Notes under the pieces: model-generated
What the model was told of the DNA's origin: nothing
Database searches by the model: none
What the model saw: only the letters and a program-made list of their open reading frames with translations
Shown: one piece after another, positions 35,601 to 42,000 of the stretch
How positions within the stretch are numbered: position 1 is the stretch's first letter
Layout of the letters: every line of letters starts with the position of its first letter
Program-made: the position numbers and the translations under genes
Assembly (NCBI GenBank): GCA_039934135.1
Contig: JBDTMT010000001.1
Coordinates: 1-46,355, forward strand
Length of the DNA: 46,355 nucleotides
DNA from: a bacterium
GTDB lineage: Bacteria > Desulfobacterota > Binatia > HRBIN30 > CADEER01
Direction: 5' to 3'

Positions 35601-36800
35601 GCGCTGTTCGCGTGTGATCTGCTCGTCGAACAGCTCCTCCATCTGGTCGATCACCAGCACCAGTCCAACCTTCGGTGCCTTCAGATCGGACAGCTTGGCG
35701 CGCACCTCGTTCGCCTCCGCCGTTCGCTCATCGCGCTCGAGGCTGTCGATGTAATCGTCGATGGTTTTTGCCTGCTTCCCCCGTTCCAGTTGGCCGGCTT
35801 GCAGCAGCGACTCGCGCAACGCGCCCACCGTCTCGTCCAACGCGTTGCGCAGGCGTTCGGCGGTGACCTCGCCGGCGGCCAAACACGGGAGCGCGGTGGG
35901 TCCGATCAGTGCTTGGGCGAGTGCCGCCAGCGGGTCGGCGCCGGCTTGGCGCGGTCGCAGGATGGCGTGACGCCACACCTCGATCGCGCCGACGGCGCGG
36001 GCGCGGAAGAGGCGTGGCAGCACGCCCGCACGCAGCAGTGACGATTTGCCGCTGCCGCTGACGCCGAGGACCAGGACGAAAGGCCGGGCATCGGCCGCCT
36101 GGCGATTGAGCTGATCGAGGATGCCGGTGATGGCGCCGGTGCGGCCGAAAAAGATCGCCTCGTGCTGCAGGTCAAAGGCCTCCAGGCCGCGATATGGCGA
36201 GTCGGGCCACGGGGGGTCCTCATCCCCTCCTGTCTCCGAGACGGACAGGGCACGAGTGACCAGCTCGGTCAGGTCCTCGCCCAGGAGCTGGGCGAACTCC
36301 TGGGCACTGGCGTAGCCCTTGTAGGCACCTTTCCACGCGCCATCGTCGGTGCGAATCTGACGTTCGAGGAACGCCGTGAGGCGCTCGTGCTGCTGCTTGG
36401 CGTCCTCCCAGGTCTTGGCAGGATAGTTGACCGGGCGGCTGTTGCAGTACAGCAGCACACGCGGCGTTCCACGGGCGCGTCCAGCCTCCAAGGCGGTCTC
36501 GAGCTCATAGGCCGTGCCCGACTCGTAGCGCGTGCCGTCCGCCCGCTTGTAGCGGTCCCCTGTCAGTGGCGTGCCCATGCGGCTCCAGACGACTCCGACG
36601 ACGATGTCGCAGGAGGCCGCTTCGCGTAGCGATTCCTGCGGAGCCTTGGCCGCTTCCAACGGCTGCGATTCCCAGAAGTACGATCCGATCGTCGCCTGGT
36701 TGGCGAACTCCCGGCCGAGTTGCTCGATGACCCGTCGCGCTTCCTCGCGCTCGACGCGCACGTCGCTCGGTGAGGAGAGGAAGATGCTGAATTTCCGCAT
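32634..36800 (-). CDS. DUF4062/TIR-like N-domain, STAND-type P-loop NTPase (nSTAND-like), single TM helix and WD40 beta-propeller repeats
   Basis: ATG 36800 (alternative GTG 36818). FSIFLSSPSDVRVEREEARRVIEQL...CDIVVGVVWSRMGT...GTAYELETAL. Walker A GVSGSGKSSLLRAG, Walker B LVLVIDQMEELF. Hydrophobic helix LGAAATGALVVLSITGWLGI. Many GH...W(D/E) WD40 units to the C-terminus. Confidence 0.8.
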   Translation of the reverse strand: MRKFSIFLSSPSDVRVEREEARRVIEQLGREFANQATIGSYFWESQPLEAAKAPQESLREAASCDIVVGVVWSRMGTPLTGDRYKRADGTRYESGTAYELETALEAGRARGTPRVLLYCNSRPVNYPAKTWEDAKQQHERLTAFLERQIRTDDGAWKGAYKGYASAQEFAQLLGEDLTELVTRALSVSETGGDEDPPWPDSPYRGLEAFDLQHEAIFFGRTGAITGILDQLNRQAADARPFVLVLGVSGSGKSSLLRAGVLPRLFRARAVGAIEVWRHAILRPRQAGADPLAALAQALIGPTALPCLAAGEVTAERLRNALDETVGALRESLLQAGQLERGKQAKTIDDYIDSLERDERTAEANEVRAKLSDLKAPKVGLVLVIDQMEELFDEQITREQRAAFMAVVNRLVRRGVHVLATLRSDFYARCHELPELDELKLGNGQYDLRWPDAAEVGQMIRLPARLAALRFEAHPKTGQLLDERLRDDAIASPQNLPLLQFVLDALYAQRTADRVLTHAAYDAMGGLEGAINRRARDTWDRLDPTARNTAGDVFAHLVQISPAAPSLGETSGERVQRRYARMATLASDPHRRAFIDAFIGARLFIATDQNGESCVTLAHETLITHFEPLRSWVQSHSEQLRARSRLAAAAALWNCAGRDPGDLYRGRALDEARALQRDGWLSLDDVETQFIAASAGARRGRRLSLGAAATGALVVLSITGWLGIRAYVARQTADAQQLVSDAEAARERRPQDSVRLARKATALRPAIGAPALRRNLAVDRQLRWAADPGQVRAVALGTRKPIIVVGTWNGAFVRDISLSDHPRALDPDDNVEAVSLTPDDAIVLTAGAKGVRLWRDGAEIADLPVEHRPVASAAFAPDGRHLAYIDGHRLRVWTSDGTWTSGSLTEQQLEEYGAGIQFAFTPDSRPKVTQSNDIAFSPDGRFALSGYEDGTATIWGEPDAPIRLKGHTGPITAVEYSARGRFVATASTDGTAIVWEASTGEPIARLAGHDSAVRGLAFSAEDHLLATGADDGVRLWASDDAGRPMRHDDAVNAAVFSDDGQYLLTASSDGAARAWNAVGELIATITPPPLASGPAALRYVAMDRQGRWLATGDDGSTVAIWDARSCAHIAEVSCAAGETLRFVTFAHDGALLIAASDGMLQRWRAADWAHEGPDVDLGALTTAAISPQDDALVAAGGSDGAVRLWSLGPTATSRSLAGANGRVNDLAFSDDGRLLIASAADGGAHIWDVASGRHAVTLRPARTQTPMRSARFRPGANAQVITADEEGRVRIWDSATGTEIGELPGHTGPVMQVAFRPDGLAVATASADGTARIHRWFDFVPVDELLRRSKESRAIPTPAAATMFACPRPPRSDPPAAWPKVALWSAPAQ

Positions 36801-36850
36801 GTCGTTGGGTGGCCGCACGCCACCGGCATCGGCCCGCGCTCCGCCGCCGT

Positions 36851-36870
36851 CAATTGGGACTTTCCCGTAG
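36851..36870 (-). promoter_or_regulatory. Island motif copy (CTACGGGAAAGTCCCAATTG in gene orientation), abutting a TTGACG -35-like hexamer
   Basis: 50 nt upstream of the ATG at 36800, oriented toward it. The TTG of the motif is part of TTGACG (36848-36853, minus strand). Confidence 0.5.
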
Positions 36871-37021
36871 AAGGTTCACACGGAGCCACCGAGCCGTCTC
36901 CCGTCGCGCCCCCCAATCCCGGCCGAGTCGCCCGTCGTTGCGTGATTCGCGGCCCTTGCCGCTGCCGGCCGCGCCACCTACAAGCCGTCGACGGCGGAGC
37001 GCGCCGCAACGGAGGGCCGTC

Positions 37022-37702
37022 ATGATCACGCGCCGTGAAACCCTGCGCCAGCTGCTGATCGGCACAGTCGGGCTATTCAGCGCCGCGGGCTGTGCCAGAC
37101 TGAGCGCCGAGGCACCCTCCATGGCCGCGTCGTCCTATCGCCGGGTATTTCTTTTCAGCGGGCATATGATCGACGCAGCGGGCCGCGCCACGCCGCGCTT
37201 TCCGGCCGACAAGGAGGCGATCGCCGCCGCCGCCATCGGCGCCGCGCTCGACGCTCGCGGCTGCGGCGGCGGCGACCTCGGCATCTGCGGCGGGGCGTGC
37301 GGCGGCGATCTGCTGTTCGCCGAGGCGGTGCTGGCGCGCGGCGCGCACCTCCAGCTGCTGCTGCCGTTCGACGAGCAGACGTTCCTGAGCGAGTCGGTCG
37401 ATTTCGCCGACGCCGGGTGGCGGCCGCGGTTCTTCGCCGTCAAGCAGAAGCCGCACACCGTGACGCAAGTCGCTCCCGAGGCGCTCGGGCCGCTGCCGCC
37501 GGGTGCCAACCCGTACGAGCGCGAGAATCGCTGGCTCCTCGATACGGCGCTCGCCCACGGTGCCCAGCGACTCGACTTCATCTGCCTGTGGGACGGCGGC
37601 GGCGGCGACGGTCCCGGCGGCACGCGCCACATGGTTGAACAGGTCGAAGCGGCTGGCGCCCACGTCACCTGGCTGGATACCCGCACGCTCTGGACGGTCT
37701 GA
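37022..37702 (+). CDS. Tat-signal lipoprotein consisting of a stand-alone SLOG-like domain (paralog of the C-terminus of 26886..28871)
   Basis: ATG 37022 after GGAGGG. MITRRETLRQLLIGTVGLFSAAGC (twin-Arg plus lipobox). VFLFSGHMID...ACGGDLLFAEA...LLLPF...CLWDGGGGDGPGGTRHM aligns block for block with residues ~470-660 of the 26886 protein. Confidence 0.65.
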   Translation: MITRRETLRQLLIGTVGLFSAAGCARLSAEAPSMAASSYRRVFLFSGHMIDAAGRATPRFPADKEAIAAAAIGAALDARGCGGGDLGICGGACGGDLLFAEAVLARGAHLQLLLPFDEQTFLSESVDFADAGWRPRFFAVKQKPHTVTQVAPEALGPLPPGANPYERENRWLLDTALAHGAQRLDFICLWDGGGGDGPGGTRHMVEQVEAAGAHVTWLDTRTLWTV

Positions 37703-37710
37703 TCGATCGT

Positions 37711-37731
37711 CTACGGGGAAGTCCCAACTTG
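37711..37731 (+). promoter_or_regulatory. Island motif copy (CTACGGGGAAGTCCCAACTTG)
   Basis: Lies in duplication copy 1, 8 nt after the SLOG gene stop. Confidence 0.45.
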
Positions 37732-37871
37732 TCCGCTCCCTTGCCTGTGGGACGGCGGCGGCGGCAACGGTCCCGGCGGCACGCGCCACATGGTTGAACA
37801 GGTCGAAGCGGCCGGCGCCCACGTCACCTGGCTGGATACCCGCACGCTCTGGACGGTCTAGATCGGATCGT

Positions 37872-37892
37872 CTACGGGGAAGTCCCAACTTG
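37872..37892 (+). promoter_or_regulatory. Island motif copy (CTACGGGGAAGTCCCAACTTG)
   Basis: Lies in duplication copy 2. Ends 54 nt upstream of the SARP gene ATG (37947) and is oriented toward it. Confidence 0.5.
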
Positions 37893-37946
37893 TCCGCTCA
37901 CTGACCGAGGCGCTAGCCAGCGTCGGTCGGCAGGAGGAGCGAGGAC

Positions 37947-38927
37947 ATGGCCCGAATCGAAGTGCGGCTCTTTGGACGTTTTGCGCTGTCGCGTGGCGGA
38001 TGCGCGGTCGACAGCATCGGCGCCACCAAGCTGCGCGAGATTCTCTGCTACCTGCTCCTGCACCACGACCGCCCGCATCCGCGCGAGCGGCTGGCCAGCC
38101 TGCTCTGGCCCGACACGACGACCGAACGCTCACGTAAGTACTTGCGTCAGGCGCTCTGGCAGTTGCAGGCGGCGCTGCGTGGCGGCGATCGCGACACGGG
38201 CGCGGATTGGCTGCGGATCGAGACCGACTGGATTCGCCTCGACGTCGACGGCGAGGTCGACGTCGACGTCCTGCGCTTCCAGGCGGCGGTGACGGCCGCG
38301 GCGACCGCCGCCGGCGACGGGCCATTGCCGGCCGAGGTGGCGGCGAGCCTGGAGGCCGCGGTCGAGACATATCGCGGCCCCCTGCTCGAGAATTGCTACC
38401 AGGACTGGTGCCTGCGCGAGCGCGAGCGCCTGCACGATCTCCTGCTCGACGCGCTCGACCTGCTGGCGGCGCATCACGAGGCGGGGCGTCGCTACGCACC
38501 CGCGCAGCAGTGGACCATGCGCCTGCTGCGCGACGACCCGGCCCGTGAGGGCGCCCACCAGCGGCTGATGCGGATACACTACCTCGCCGGCAACCGCACC
38601 CGAGCCCTGCGCCAATTCGACGAGTGCGTCTCGGCGCTGGACGACGAGCTGGGCGTCGAACCGAGCGCCGCGACCACGGCGCTGCGCGATCGCATCCGCG
38701 CCGGCGAACCGGTCTCGCCGGCCGTCGACGCGGGCGCACCCGACCTCGACCATATCCTGCGCCACCTGCGCGACCTCGAACACGAGCTCGCCGGCGTGCA
38801 GGGACATGTCCGCCAACGCATCGCTGAGGTTGAGCGCGTGCGCGCCGGCATGGCCGTGCCGTCCGCCCCGGCCCGCCGCCCGCTCCGCCGCGCGGCGCCT
38901 CTGCCGCGTACCGCGGCGCAGCGTTGA
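37947..38927 (+). CDS. SARP (AfsR/DnrI/RedD) family transcriptional regulator: OmpR-type winged helix plus BTAD
   Basis: ATG after AGGAGG. IEVRLFGRFAL...LREILCYLLLHHDRPHPRERLASLLWPD. BTAD pattern YRGPLLEN...WCLRERERL...LMRIHYLAGNRTRALRQFDECVSALDDELGVEPS. Confidence 0.8.
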   Translation: MARIEVRLFGRFALSRGGCAVDSIGATKLREILCYLLLHHDRPHPRERLASLLWPDTTTERSRKYLRQALWQLQAALRGGDRDTGADWLRIETDWIRLDVDGEVDVDVLRFQAAVTAAATAAGDGPLPAEVAASLEAAVETYRGPLLENCYQDWCLRERERLHDLLLDALDLLAAHHEAGRRYAPAQQWTMRLLRDDPAREGAHQRLMRIHYLAGNRTRALRQFDECVSALDDELGVEPSAATTALRDRIRAGEPVSPAVDAGAPDLDHILRHLRDLEHELAGVQGHVRQRIAEVERVRAGMAVPSAPARRPLRRAAPLPRTAAQR

Positions 38928-39062
38928 GCACCGCGTCGGCTCTGCCGCGGCGGTCGACGCTGGTGAGCCGGGCAGTTGCGGCGTCGGAGTCCTGGCAGCG
39001 GCACCGGATCACGCGGCAGCACCTGCGCCGCCGTGCTCCACTGCGTCGCGCAGCGCGCCGAG

Positions 39063-42000
39063 CTACTTGCGGGGTCGTCGCGTCGCTTGGCCCTGCTTGG
39101 CGCGCGGCGTCGCGGCCGGCTTCTTGCGGCTCGGCTTGGCGGCTGGCATCTTACCGCGCGGCTTGCCGGCAACACGCTTGGGCTTCCTCGCCGGGGCGGC
39201 CGGAGACGCGACCGGCGCGGCGCCGGCGGTGAGGTCGTCGCGCAAGCCATCGAGCCCGGCGCGCAGCCGCTTGCGCCGATCGGCGGCCGGCTGCAACACG
39301 GTCATCTCGATCAGGAACTCCAGCTGCTCGACGATCGAGCTGAGCTCGCGCGGGCTGGCGGCGCGGCGGTGCAGGTTCGCGTAGGTCGTGGAGATCGACG
39401 TCCGCACGGTGGCCTGGTCGAGATCGCCGCTGAGCAGATGGATGAGTACGTCGCAGTCGGGCGCCACGGTGCCGGCCCAGAAATCCGGTTGGCGCGTGTC
39501 GCGCTTTACGCCTTCTCCGCGCGCTTCCTGCAGCCAGCGTGCGACGTCGACGCCCGACTTCCCGCCCGCCCAGTCATACAGGATCTCGGCCGTCAGCCAG
39601 TTGAGCAGCGGGTAGGGGTCGCCCACCGTGAAGGTTCGCTCGCCTTCGCCGGGACCGTGCGCCTCGCGGTAGCAGCTGGCCATCTTCTTCAGCGCGGCGC
39701 GCCGTTGATCGCCGCTCGTCAGCTGCGCCTGACGCTTGTACGCGGCGCCCAGCAACGACAGCCGCTCGCCGGTGCGCCCGAGTTCGAGGAGCCGGGTGAG
39801 CCGGTCGATGGCGCCCTGCACCAGGGCCGCCGGCTGCTCGCCCTTGAGCCCATCCGCGACTCCCTTCTGGAGATCGATCGCGGCGCGGCTCTCGAAGTTG
39901 GCGAGTTGCTCGATCGCCGCCACCGACGGCGACCCGTCGGCGGCCAGCGCCCGGCGCAGCTCCAGGACCGCCCTATCGAACCGCCGCAGCTCGCCATAGG
40001 CGATGCCGAGCGCGGCGAGGATATCGCCGCGCAGCAACCAGTCCGGCCGGATGGCGCTGGCGAGATGGTCGAGCCGCTGGAGGAACTGGCCCATCTCCTC
40101 GGGGCCGCAGGTCCTGGCGCGCTGCGCGACATGTTCCAGGTCGCGCAGCGTCTCGACCGCAGCCACCGGCGACGCTGGCGTCGCGTCGTCGCCCGCCGCA
40201 CCGTCCGGAACGAACGTGTAGGCTGGATCGCCGTAGCATTGATAGGCGCCCCAGGTGTTGAAGCCGGGATGGCGGTCGTAGGTGTCGTTGCGCGCCCGCA
40301 GAACGGCCGTCCCGAACGGCGTGCCGCGTAGCAGGTGAGCGTAGAAGGCGGTGGCGAAGGTCTCGGCCGCCGCGTCGTCCACCGCCCACCCGGCGGCGAC
40401 CACGGCGCGCACGCCCATCTCGATGAATTGGGCGGCGATGTTGGCGGCGAAGCGCTGGAAGTGCCCTTCCTGCAGTGGTGCGCTGAGCGGCGTCGCCCGG
40501 TCAACTCGGGCGAGGTGGCAGCAATTGATGAACACCAGCTCCGGCACTCGCCGCATCTGTTTCACGGCGGCCGCGGTGAGGAAGACCCTGTCGCCGATGA
40601 CCATGCCGCTGACCCGTCGCGGTGCGCGCGTACGGGCGGAAGAGGTCGCGCCCGTGTCACCCGCCGGCGCGCACGAGCCGGCGCTGTCGTTGGCGGCCGG
40701 CTCGACCGGGAAGTCATGCACGCCGTGGCCGGCGAGGTGAAGGACGCGATAGGCATTCGCGTGCAGGGCGGTGAGGATCGCGTCCGGATCGCTCTGGATG
40801 CAGGACCGGACCACGAAGCCGGCGCCGCTCAGGCTGCGCTCGACGGCCCGCACCTCGGTGGCGGCGCCCGGCAACGGCGTCGCGAAGCCGCCCGTCTCTG
40901 GGTCGCCGATCAGCAGGGCGGTGCGTTCGGCGGTGATCTCGACCCGCTCGCGATAGTCGTGGGTCTCCAACTGGCGCAGCACGCCGCGCTCGAGGGCCAG
41001 CGGCCGCTGACCCTCCGCCCAACGGTCCTCGAGCAGCTCCCAGGGATAGCGGGCCGCGCACTCGTCGACCACCAGGACCAGCGAGTCGCGATTCGGCATC
41101 TGGTCCTTCAGCGCGTTGGGCAGCAGCATCTCGAACAGGGTGCGGGCGGTCTCCTGGCTTGAGGCCGGCTGGCGCGTGGCGTGATCGAGGAACTGATCGA
41201 CCAGGCTGCGATCGGTAGCGACCAGCTCGACTTCGGCGCGGGCGCGATTGGTCAGCAAGGCGAAGCGCAGCCCGTCCTCGACGCCGCGGATCTGCAGGCG
41301 CTGCCACCATCCCGCGCTCTCTTCGAACAACACCCGCCAGCGCGCGCCGGCACGCTGGACGAGCAGCGGATCATCGATCAGCAGCCCACCGCGCAATTCG
41401 GCGTCGCTCTCCAGGCCGCGCAACGCTCGGGCGGCGTGGATGGCCTGGTCGCCGAACAGCTCGATGAACTCGACTGCGTCGATCAATACCTCGCGGTCGA
41501 GCTGTGCCTGCCGCAGGGCGGAGTTGGTCCGCACCTCGGCCCGCAGGATCGCCGCCACCGACTCGCGCACCGGCAGACCACCCGCGCCAGTGCCGATGAG
41601 CAGCGAGGTCAGGCACACCGAGCGCGGCGCACCGAGCGGAGTCTCCGGGTCCCGCGGCCGCTCGGCGACGGTCATGACGTAGTCGCGCACGCCGGCGGCG
41701 ACCGTGCGGGTGAGGCCGGGCGCCGTCAGCTCGCCCACCTGGCCGAGTCCGACGACGATCGCCCCGCCGCGGCGAAACGGGTCGTTCTGTAGGACGGAGG
41801 CGTGCGTGCCGATCGCCCCCGGGTAGAGCCCGAGCTGCAAACGGTGGCGCAGGTGGCCATCGAGGTGGCGGTCGAGGACCGCTTCGGCGCTGACGATGGT
41901 GTCGCCGGTATAGTGACCGACGATGACCGGGTGGCGGGCGTACGACAGATCGCCGTGCGCGACCGACACTGTGACGCGATGCGCGGGCGGCGCGGCGGCA

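Larger units (their letters stand above)
37583..37899. repeat. Tandem duplication (156 + 158 bp, 3-bp joint) of the 3' end of the SLOG gene plus the downstream island motif
   Basis: Copy 1 is 37583-37738, copy 2 is 37742-37899. They differ by 2 substitutions (GCGACGG vs GCAACGG; GCGGCTGGC vs GCGGCCGGC) and 2 single-nt insertions near the stop (TCTGATCGATCG vs TCTAGATCGGATCG). Confidence 0.9.

Noticed and set aside
37711-37731. Reading the island motif as a sigma54 (-24 GG / -12 TTGC) promoter.
   Set aside because: The GG-to-TTG spacing is 12 rather than 10 nt. The -12 element would be TTGT or TTGA rather than TTGC, and it is not consistent among copies.
37073-37888. 271-aa minus-strand ORF containing an internal repeated peptide (DRPERAGIQPGDVGA.RFDLFNHVARAAGTVAAAAVPQA twice).
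   Set aside because: The peptide repeat is simply the antisense translation of the 156/158-bp tandem duplication. The ORF is antisense to the well-supported SLOG gene.
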